From an uncultured Spirochaetota bacterium (GTDB taxonomy: Bacteria; Spirochaetota; Brevinematia; Brevinematales; JAOACQ01): a DNA stretch of 64,000 nucleotides. The position numbers and the translations under genes are program-made. Where the stretch lies: assembly GCA_963768055.1 (NCBI GenBank), contig CAVYGN010000001.1, forward strand, positions 1,664,001 through 1,728,000, written 5' to 3'. The notes beneath the pieces were generated by a model that did not search any database, was not told the origin of the DNA, and worked only from the letters and a program-made list of their open reading frames with translations. Below are positions 40,797 to 49,700 of this stretch, piece after piece. Each line of letters starts with the position of its first letter. Positions within the stretch are counted from its first letter, which is position 1.

Positions 40797-40826
40797 AAAT
40801 AATAAGTGCTTTTTGGAGATTTTTAA

Positions 40827-40934
40827 ATGACTTTCTCAACCAGGTTTAATACCAAGACAACAATGAAGAAGACGCACTCTTGTATATTCCGGCGCAGCCT
40901 GTTTGCAGGAAATTATATTTTTATGTTGAAATGA
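40827..40934 (+). CDS. Putative asd leader peptide, 35 aa (MTFSTRFNTKTTMKKTHSCIFRRSLFAGNYIFMLK)
   Basis: GGAG RBS; TKTTMKKT cluster of aspartate-family codons; followed by a terminator. Confidence 0.7.
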   Translation: MTFSTRFNTKTTMKKTHSCIFRRSLFAGNYIFMLK

Positions 40935-40948
40935 TAAAATATAAAACC

Positions 40949-40986
40949 AAAAACCCGCAGGTCCGAAGGCGCCTGCGGGTTTTTTT
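40949..40986 (+). terminator. Attenuator terminator upstream of asd
   Basis: AAAAACCCGCAGG...CCTGCGGGTTTTTTT, 40 bp before the asd ATG. Confidence 0.85.
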
Positions 40987-41026
40987 ATGCCTGGTTGGTT
41001 GTGTATGATAAAGGCGAGGAGGATTT

Positions 41027-42100
41027 ATGGGATTGAAAGTAGGCTTGGTTGGAGTAGGACCTGTTGGCGACAGGATCGTCAGGGTCTTGAGAGAACGGAG
41101 TTTCCCGGTTGACGGGGAGCTGATAGTTATGGCGACCAGCGGGAGAGAGGAAACACTGGCGGATGAGACTTTTAAAGTACGGAAGATTGAGGCCAGCCTT
41201 TTTAAAGGACTTGATCTTGTCTTCTTTGCAGGAAAGGAAGGCGCTCGAGGAGCCAGCGTTCAGTGGGGAAAGACGGCGGTGGATGAGGGTTGCATTGTGA
41301 TCGACAACGGCGGGGATTTCAGGATGGTTCCGGGTTATCCGCTAGTGATACCTGAGGTGAATATGAACGATGTAACATCCGAGACCCGGCATATCTGCAA
41401 TCCGAATTGTTCTACAATTCAGATGGCGGTTGCACTCGCTCCGCTTCACCGTGTCTCGAGACTGCATAGGGCTGTGGTTTCAACCTATCAGTCCGTAAGC
41501 GGCTGGGGAGCCGACGCGATGGAAGAGCTTTTAAAACAAACGGGGGAGATTTTGTCCGGAAAAGAGCCGGATTATAATCCTTCTATTTTTACCCATCCGG
41601 TTGCTTTTGATTGCATACCGCAAGTGGATAAATTTTTGGCAAACGGTTACAGTAAAGAGGAAATGAAGATGGTTAATGAAAACAGAAAGATATTCAATGA
41701 ACCCAATTTGCTTATCAACGCCACGACTGTCAGGGTACCGGTTCTGGTCGGACATGGTGAATCGATCAACGCGGAATTTTTTAATGATATGACCTCTGAA
41801 AAGGCGATGAAAATACTGGGAGATAAATCAAAATCTCCCGGAGTCGCATTAATTGACGGCATCTCAAACGATCCGGACGCTGTTGGAATAAGGCAAGATA
41901 AGCTGGAACGCATGTATCCGGTGACCAGGGATCTCCTTTCAGACGCGTACAAGGATGCCGTATTGGTCGGCCGAATCAGGGATGACACCACCAGGAACAA
42001 CACCATTAATCTATGGTGCGTGTCCGATAATTTAAGAAAGGGCGCGGCCACAAACGCGGTGCAGATCGCCGAAGAGATGCTGAAAAGAGGCTTACTGTAA
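41027..42100 (+). CDS. asd: Aspartate-semialdehyde dehydrogenase
   Basis: PLVIPEVN, NPNCSTIQ, STYQSVSG, VRVPVLVGH and DNLRKGAATNAVQIAE motifs. Confidence 0.96.
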   Translation: MGLKVGLVGVGPVGDRIVRVLRERSFPVDGELIVMATSGREETLADETFKVRKIEASLFKGLDLVFFAGKEGARGASVQWGKTAVDEGCIVIDNGGDFRMVPGYPLVIPEVNMNDVTSETRHICNPNCSTIQMAVALAPLHRVSRLHRAVVSTYQSVSGWGADAMEELLKQTGEILSGKEPDYNPSIFTHPVAFDCIPQVDKFLANGYSKEEMKMVNENRKIFNEPNLLINATTVRVPVLVGHGESINAEFFNDMTSEKAMKILGDKSKSPGVALIDGISNDPDAVGIRQDKLERMYPVTRDLLSDAYKDAVLVGRIRDDTTRNNTINLWCVSDNLRKGAATNAVQIAEEMLKRGLL

Positions 42101-42211
42101 ACGAATCTGTAAAAGCTTCCGCTCGAGACGATTATCCGCGGCATTTCCCCTACCGGCAAGCCTTGACACTTCTCTTGTGTTGATATATTATTATAGAAAA
42201 TGGGGGCTTTT

Positions 42212-42562
42212 ATGGATGAAAGAAGATTGGAAGTCCGGATGGTCCTCGAAACTGTTCCGGAAAATCTTAAAAATGTCGTTATAAAATATCCCGGCTTAAA
42301 ACCGATAAGTGCCACGACGGTCGACGTCAACAGCATGGGGATGGCGTTCATTTCAAAAGAAAAAGTCGATATGAACGTAGAGATAGGACAGCAGGTGATT
42401 ATCAGCTTCGAATGCATGAATTCGGACGTAAAAGGAAATACCGTTTATTCATACCCTATCCCCGACGCGAGGTTCAGGATCGGCGTCCTCTTTAAAAATG
42501 ATAAGTCGATAAAGCAGTATTATAAAATACTTAAAGACGCCGCCCCAATCCTAAGTAAATGA
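42212..42562 (+). CDS. PilZ-domain-like protein
   Basis: RRLEVR (RxxxR), DVNSMG (D/NxSxxG-like) and RIGVLF. Confidence 0.6.
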   Translation: MDERRLEVRMVLETVPENLKNVVIKYPGLKPISATTVDVNSMGMAFISKEKVDMNVEIGQQVIISFECMNSDVKGNTVYSYPIPDARFRIGVLFKNDKSIKQYYKILKDAAPILSK

Positions 42563-42647
42563 TGTTGAAACCACCTATTTCAGGGAATTACACGGAGACA
42601 CAGAGAAAATCCAGCGAACAGCCCGTAAGTTTGAAATGGGTAGTAAA

Positions 42648-44426
42648 ATGAAATTTTTTACCACCGTAATATTATATCTTGTGTTTTTCCTTTATTTGTC
42701 AGGTCAAGCTTCTGATTGGCCGACATATAAGGGCAATCTTTACTTCACCGGCAATAACGATGAGATAATCGTAAAAAACAACAGCCTTAAATGGCTCTAC
42801 ATGGCGTCCAATTATATTTTCAATCCGGTAGTATCGGATGGAAAAGCATATTTTTCAGATCTGGATAAAATTTTATATTGTGTTACGGAAGGGGACGGTA
42901 AATTGGTCTGGAAGTCTGATCTGAAATCCATATCGGCACATTTTGCTTCCGCGGCGCTTGTCCCCGGAAAAGTCAAATACCCTATCATAAGGGGGAATTA
43001 TCTTTTCCTATCCGATGCAACCGCTATTTACTGCATAGATAAAAATACAGGCAAAGCGGTTTGGGCCAGGGCAGGCCTCCAGGAAAGCGATCTTAAAAAG
43101 GCAGTTATCGACGGGATTTATGCCGATCCGATACTCTCCGGCGACACTATTTATTATGGTACAAGAAAAAATTTCATTGCCAGGGAAGCGGATAACGGCC
43201 ATGTAGTCTGGACAAATAACAATATTGAAAGTTACAGCGGCTTCCCGACATATTATGACGATAAAATATTCGTTTCATCGAGGGATTATCTCAAGAACAC
43301 CTTCCAGGTGAATTGCCTCGACCAGTACTCGGGTAAAATCATCTGGAGCGCCTTTATCGATATCCCCCTGATAATTTTTCCGCCGGTTGTATACCAGGCC
43401 AAAGTATTTATCCCTTCCGGCAAAAAGCTTTTCTGCCTTTCCCTGACGAACGGCTCAAAGATATGGGACAGGGAATATGAGGATTATATAACCTCAAGCC
43501 CCAGCTTCACCGACAGGGAAATCTTACTGTCGATCGGGAACAGGAAAATTGTGGTTTTATCGCCGGATTCGGGCCAGATTGATTATTCGCTTGATTTCGG
43601 AGAAAAGTCGGACCCGTCTTTCGTTACAGTGAACGATCAGATTTATACCGCCTTTAACTATATAAAAATAGTAGGAGGCAGGAATATAACATTTACAGAG
43701 GTCAGGGCTTTCCGCTTCGGTGAAAACACGCCAATCTGGGAATTCCTGCCGCCTTTCCCCGGTTCGGCCTCCCAGCCGGTTGCAGACGGCGGCACTCTAT
43801 ATCTTCCGGCAGGCAACTATCTTTACGCCATTGGGACATATTATGAAAAGCCTTTAGTATTCGGCAACGATGCAAGCGCAGGAAGTCTGAAAAGTGAAAA
43901 CCTGTCTTCAAGCAGTATGTCCTTGAGCTCAGCAAACAGCGGCATGTCTTCGAGCAGTATGATTTCGAGCAGCATGTCCTCGAGCGCCGCGAACAGCGGC
44001 ATGTCTATGAGCAGTATATCTTCGAGCAGCGTACCCGCCAAACAGCCTGAAAAACCGGTCAACCTTGCAGAGGAAAAAGTCGGCGAGACTGTGACCGTAC
44101 CCGACATTTATTTCGAGTTCGACAGGGCCTACCTGAAACTTGAATCGATAAGGACTCTCGATAATATAGTAAAACAACTAAAAAATAATCCGAAGATCAG
44201 GCTTGAGATAAGAGGCCATACCGACAATATTGGGACAGCCGGCTATAACAGGATCCTTTCGGAAAAACGCGCGGACGCCGTCATGGAATATTTTATCAAG
44301 AACGGCATCAGCCCTGAAAGGCTCCGATCAATAGGCTACGGAGCGACCAAACCTGTCGCCGACAACGGTACTGAAGAAGGCAGAAGCAAAAACCGGAGGA
44401 CGGAATTCCTTATACTGGAAAAATAG
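42648..44426 (+). CDS. PQQ-like beta-propeller plus OmpA C-terminal domain protein
   Basis: Signal peptide, G(K)xxW propeller repeats, Ser/Met linker, then IYFEFD...GHTDNIG...LSEKRA...NRRTE. Confidence 0.88.
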   Translation: MKFFTTVILYLVFFLYLSGQASDWPTYKGNLYFTGNNDEIIVKNNSLKWLYMASNYIFNPVVSDGKAYFSDLDKILYCVTEGDGKLVWKSDLKSISAHFASAALVPGKVKYPIIRGNYLFLSDATAIYCIDKNTGKAVWARAGLQESDLKKAVIDGIYADPILSGDTIYYGTRKNFIAREADNGHVVWTNNNIESYSGFPTYYDDKIFVSSRDYLKNTFQVNCLDQYSGKIIWSAFIDIPLIIFPPVVYQAKVFIPSGKKLFCLSLTNGSKIWDREYEDYITSSPSFTDREILLSIGNRKIVVLSPDSGQIDYSLDFGEKSDPSFVTVNDQIYTAFNYIKIVGGRNITFTEVRAFRFGENTPIWEFLPPFPGSASQPVADGGTLYLPAGNYLYAIGTYYEKPLVFGNDASAGSLKSENLSSSSMSLSSANSGMSSSSMISSSMSSSAANSGMSMSSISSSSVPAKQPEKPVNLAEEKVGETVTVPDIYFEFDRAYLKLESIRTLDNIVKQLKNNPKIRLEIRGHTDNIGTAGYNRILSEKRADAVMEYFIKNGISPERLRSIGYGATKPVADNGTEEGRSKNRRTEFLILEK

Positions 44427-46679
44427 ATGAAAACAACAGGCTTTATAGCCCTTGCGATAGCGCTTTTTATGGCTATATATTTTATTATTCCATATCCTCG
44501 GAATTTTTTAAAGGAATACCCGCGTTCAATCAAAATACTCGACCGTTCCGGTTCTTTACTTTTCGAATTTCAAGGAACGGGATCACGGCCCCAGGCGGGT
44601 TTTTCAGAAAATCTTGAATTCAGTGAAATCCCTGATAATTTCCTTCAATTGCTCATTTTCGCAGAGGATAAAAATTTCTATTCTCATATAGGGGTAGACC
44701 CGCGGGCAGTTTTGAGAGCCGCCGCAAACGATATCGGCAGGCTGGCTATAACCTCCGGCGGCTCAACGATTTCTCAACAGCTAGTAAAAATTAAATACGG
44801 GGTTCTCAAAAATAATTTATTAACCAAATTCCTGGAGTTATTCAGGGCTGTGAAGCTGGAATTACATTTCAGTAAAAAGGAAATTCTGCTGGCTTATATA
44901 AATAATATTTATCTTGGGAATAAAATTTACGGGCTGAAGAAAGCGGCCGAGGTTTATTTTCATAAAAAACCACCGGATCTGTCCCTCATAGAGACTGCTT
45001 CGCTTTGTGTAATGCTCCAGTCGCCGTCCAGGCTTAATATCCTGACTAAGACTTCGGTTGTGGAATCCAAAGCCAGGGTCCTTCTTAAAAAAGCCTTCAA
45101 TATGGGCGCGATAAACGGATTTGAATACTCTTTGTCTATTGAAAAGAAGCTCCGGGTTTATCCCTTCGAGATGGACTTTTATGCGCCCCATTTCTGCTTC
45201 TGGGTCCTTGACGAAGCTGAAAAGCTGGTGAAAACCCGCGGCGATATAAGCGAAATAAGGACCACACTCGATCTTGATTTGTATAAAAAATGCCTGGAAA
45301 TACTTAAAAACAGGATAGGTTTCCTGAAGGATAATAATGTCCATGACGCCAGTATGATCATACTCGACAATACCAGGATGGAAATCCTGGTGATGATAGG
45401 CGGCATATCATTTTTCGGAGAAACAGGCAATGTAAACGGCGTGATGGTGCCCAGGCAGGCTGCGTCGACTATGAAGGCTTTTACCTACGCCCTGGCCTTC
45501 GATAAAAAAATCATTACACCAGCTTCGATACTTCCCGATATTTATACTGAATTTCCATCGAGTATAGGTAAATATATCCCGAGAAATTATAACGGCCTTT
45601 TTCATGGGCCTGTACGGGCTGCAGTGGCACTGGGCAGTTCTTACAACGTCCCGGCTGTTTACCTGCTGACAAAAATCGGCCTCACGCCCTACTATGAATT
45701 TCTGAAAAAAGCGGGTTTTTCCTCAATTGACCGGCCCCCTTCATTTTACGGCCTTGGACTCACTCTTGGAAATGCCGACATCACTCTGTTAGAACTAACC
45801 AGGGCATACGCCGTTTTTCCTAACGGCGGTATCTTCAGGCAGCTCCGGGGAATAATATCTGTAAAAACTACCGGCGGAGATGTTTATTATCCACCCGTGC
45901 AGAAAGAGGCCAGGATCCTGTCTGCCGAATCTTCTTTTTTAATCGGGAGGATTTTGTCGGATTTCGATTATAAAGTTCCGGGTTTCGGCGTGAATTCTCC
46001 CATACATTTCCCGTTCCCGCTGGCGGTAAAAACAGGAACCTCAAAAGACTTCAGGGATAATTTTATAGAGGCTTTCGATACGGATATCACTGTCGGAATC
46101 TGGACAGGCAATATCAACGGCGAACCAATGCGCAATATGCCTTCCGCAAACGGCAGCGGCATACTTCTCCGCGATATTGCAGGTTATCTGTATCAGACAG
46201 GCCATAATTTCAGGCAGGTTTCTCCGTCCGGACTGAATATTACTATGGCCAGGATCTGCCCCCTTTCAGGCAAACTCGCCAATGATCAGAGCGATAGCCT
46301 TAACGAGTATTTTATCAAGGGCACGGAACCGACCGAGCCATGCGACTGGCATAAAAACGGAGAAGTGATACTTCCTGAAATTTACAAACCATGGGCTAAA
46401 AATAACCTGAATTCTTCATTGACCCTGAACATGGATCCTGTTAAAATAATCAATCCTCTTGACGGCGATATATTCAAGATAGACGATCTTATAACCCGGG
46501 GCAGGCAGAAGATCGTATTCAAGGCCCGGAGCGTTCAAAGCAGCGTCGAATGGAGCGTTAACGGAAAGCCGGCCGGTTCAGGCAGGGAAGTGACTTGGGA
46601 ACTCAAGCCCGGCATTTATAATATCACTGCGGAGTCGGGTTCTTCAAGCGACAGTATTAAAATAATTGTCATCGAATAA
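44427..46679 (+). CDS. pbpC: Penicillin-binding protein 1C
   Basis: Transglycosylase EDKNFYSH and GGSTISQQ; transpeptidase STMK, SYN and KTGTS; adjacent to alpha-2-macroglobulin. Confidence 0.85.
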   Translation: MKTTGFIALAIALFMAIYFIIPYPRNFLKEYPRSIKILDRSGSLLFEFQGTGSRPQAGFSENLEFSEIPDNFLQLLIFAEDKNFYSHIGVDPRAVLRAAANDIGRLAITSGGSTISQQLVKIKYGVLKNNLLTKFLELFRAVKLELHFSKKEILLAYINNIYLGNKIYGLKKAAEVYFHKKPPDLSLIETASLCVMLQSPSRLNILTKTSVVESKARVLLKKAFNMGAINGFEYSLSIEKKLRVYPFEMDFYAPHFCFWVLDEAEKLVKTRGDISEIRTTLDLDLYKKCLEILKNRIGFLKDNNVHDASMIILDNTRMEILVMIGGISFFGETGNVNGVMVPRQAASTMKAFTYALAFDKKIITPASILPDIYTEFPSSIGKYIPRNYNGLFHGPVRAAVALGSSYNVPAVYLLTKIGLTPYYEFLKKAGFSSIDRPPSFYGLGLTLGNADITLLELTRAYAVFPNGGIFRQLRGIISVKTTGGDVYYPPVQKEARILSAESSFLIGRILSDFDYKVPGFGVNSPIHFPFPLAVKTGTSKDFRDNFIEAFDTDITVGIWTGNINGEPMRNMPSANGSGILLRDIAGYLYQTGHNFRQVSPSGLNITMARICPLSGKLANDQSDSLNEYFIKGTEPTEPCDWHKNGEVILPEIYKPWAKNNLNSSLTLNMDPVKIINPLDGDIFKIDDLITRGRQKIVFKARSVQSSVEWSVNGKPAGSGREVTWELKPGIYNITAESGSSSDSIKIIVIE

Positions 46680-46704
46680 TCCCGGAAATCTTAAGGAGGA
46701 AACT

Positions 46705-49700
46705 ATGAAAAATCGGCTGATATTATTCCTTTCGATCATATCGATATTATCCTTTTTTTCATGCTCTAACAACGGAAAAAAGATAGTTACCGTGATCGAC
46801 GCAAACAGGGGCCCCGGGGCCGGAGAGGAATCGGACTATAATAGCGATTACGGACAGCTTAACTTTTCCTTTTCAACTAATATTTTCGAATTATCCGATT
46901 TCGATACGATGACAAACGAAATAATGAATAAATTATCGGTCTCGATCGACCCTCCGGTTAAAGGTATATGGCAGCCGGTCGGGCCCAATGAAGCCGCATT
47001 CATATTTCTTGAAAAACTTAAACCCTCCACGCTTTATACAGTCTCTATAGATGAAAAAAAACTTACAACAAACGGGAAACCCGGTATAATTGCATATGTT
47101 AACGGGGAGAGAACGGATAACGGAAAATATGTATTTATGACCAGGAGGATCGAAGTATCCAGTTATTTTATCAGCGGCATGAAGACCGATCTTTACATCT
47201 CCCTATCCTTCAATGCGCCGGTCGGCCTTCCCGATCTGACGAATAAGCTTAAAATAGAGAACATTTACGGAGGAAAGCCCCTCAATTACAGGGCGTCCTA
47301 CGATGTTTTAACCAATACTATCGAATCCAACGATGTTTTGATGAATATTGTCACGACAAGCGACAGGTCTTTTATTATCAAGCCTGAAGGGCTGGTTAAA
47401 GCACAGGATTACAGGCTGAAAGTGGGCAGCGGCCTTAATGCCGCCGAAGGTAACCTCGGAATGCTCGCCGATTACTATCAGGATTTCAGCACCTATAAAA
47501 GACTGCAATTTAAAAATATGAGCAGCTCTTCATATGAAGGAAGCGGGCCTGTCATGTATTACCCTGACGACACTATTCTCTTCGAATTCAACAACCCCCT
47601 CGACAAGAGCCTCGACCCAAGGAAGCTCATATCGTCAACGCCGACGATCGAGAACGAATCGGTTTCAATAGGAGACAATTTTATTTACCTAAGCGGAAAT
47701 TTCATAGGAGAGTCGAAATACAGATTCAGAGTCAATCCGGCAGTCTCGGACATATATTCCCAGAAATTGGATTACACTGTGGAGAGGGAAATATCATTTT
47801 CACACGGGATATCGATATTCGGAGTCCCTGAGGGTTATATGGTCATGGAGAATTATCTGCCCCCGATCCTTCCCATGAAAATGAGGAATGTTAGTTCTTT
47901 TAAGGTTTCCTATGTTTTTCTGCAGGATAAGGATAAAATTACCGGGTATTTGAATCTTAAAAACAATGAAAGAAAAACCTTTTTTGAAAAGAACAAAATC
48001 TCAAAAGATCATAGAGTCAAATGGGTATGGGACAGGTTCTTCAATTACCGACTCGACTTTTCCTCAATGTTGAAAAACAATTCCGGTTTATTAATATACA
48101 GAATATCTCCCAGGGCTGAAAATCAAAGGGAAAACAGCGACCTTGACCGGGCCGGCACCATTTTATTCACAGACCTGGGAATAAGTGTTAAAAGCGGTCC
48201 CGATTCGACCCTCGTATTCGTCAGGAGCCTTAAAGACAACAGCCCGGTCGAAGGGGCTGCCGTCTATGAACTGGAAAATGAAAATAAAAGCCTGGGACTT
48301 TTAACCCTCAGGGGAAAAACAGATTCTAACGGCATTTTGTCATTTGCCGGCGATTACCCGAGCCCGATGGTCTTCGCGGAAAAAGACGGAATCATTACGC
48401 TGAATTACGGCGAAAGAATGAATTATTATTACGGCGATGAAGAAGGGTACGGCTCGGGCAACAAGAACTGGGCTAATATCGTCCACAGGGGAACCGATTA
48501 TTATTTGAATGAAACCAATTTACTTTTATTTTCCGACAGGTTTTTATATAAACCCGGAGAAAAAGTCGATGTTAAGGGGATAGCGCGTTTCAGGCATAGC
48601 GATGACTGGAGCGATCTTCCGGCCGACGGTAAAAGGAACGAATTCAAATTTACCGTCAACAACAGCCGGGGCGAAGAAGTGACAAACCTTGTCGCTACCG
48701 CGGACGATTGGGGTTCCCTGCATTTCTCTTTGAAAATACCTGAAAAGTCGCCTACAGGCTACTACAGGATCTCCTGGGGGGAATACTCGGGGATCGATAT
48801 AAGTGTGGAGGATTTCAAACCTGCCAAGGCCGAAATGAGGATCGTCTCTTCAAAAGAAATATTCAAATGGGGGGATACTTTTGAGTCTGATATCATAGGC
48901 TGGTATCTTTTCGGAGCGCCTGTCATAAAGCCTATACACTATTCGGTAAGCGCCTCGCCGGTTACATATGCGAGCCTCAAATATCCCGAGTACAATTTCG
49001 GCCAGCTATGGTGGGAAGGCGGCGAAAGGCGTGACAATTCGTTTTCTCTTGTGTCGGGGATAGGGTTCCCGGATAAAAGCGGTAAGATACATGTCGAAAA
49101 AATAATCCGCAGGGATGATTTCAAGGGAGACGCCCAATTGATGATCTCCGCCGAAACCAGGCTTGATGACAACAGCACTGTTTACGGGACAAAAAGCGGG
49201 ATCAACCTTTATAATCCGGTACATATCGGGATCCTCCTCAAGGACTATTTCGTGGAGACAGGCCATAGCTTCAATATAAGCCTTGTGGCCCTGAACGAAA
49301 ATGAAGAAATCGAACCCGATCAGCCTGTAACAGTGCAGGTTGAGAAGCGGGATTGGTATTCATACCAGAAAGCGGGTGTTAACGGGCGTCTTGAATGGGA
49401 ATGGGAGATGATCAAAACAAATGTATTCGAACAAACCCTCAGATTGGGAAAAGCCGAAATACCCCTGACCCTCAGTGAACCCGGTTATTATGTAGCCAGG
49501 GCGAAGACTTTTATACGGGGACATGAAGGGATCAGCGAAACAGACTTCTATGTTTTCGGGAAGGGGGAAGTGGGCTGGATGGTTCCCAACAACAATGAGA
49601 TCGACCTCTCTTCCGATAAAAAAGAGTATCATACCGGAGATACGGCTCTGGTCCTGGTCAAAAATCCTTTTCAGAAAGCGACCGCCCTCATAACTGTCGA

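Noticed and set aside
41647..42417. 256-aa minus-strand ORF and the many other short antisense ORFs in the track
   Set aside because: They lie antisense to well-supported genes and have no motifs or RBS.
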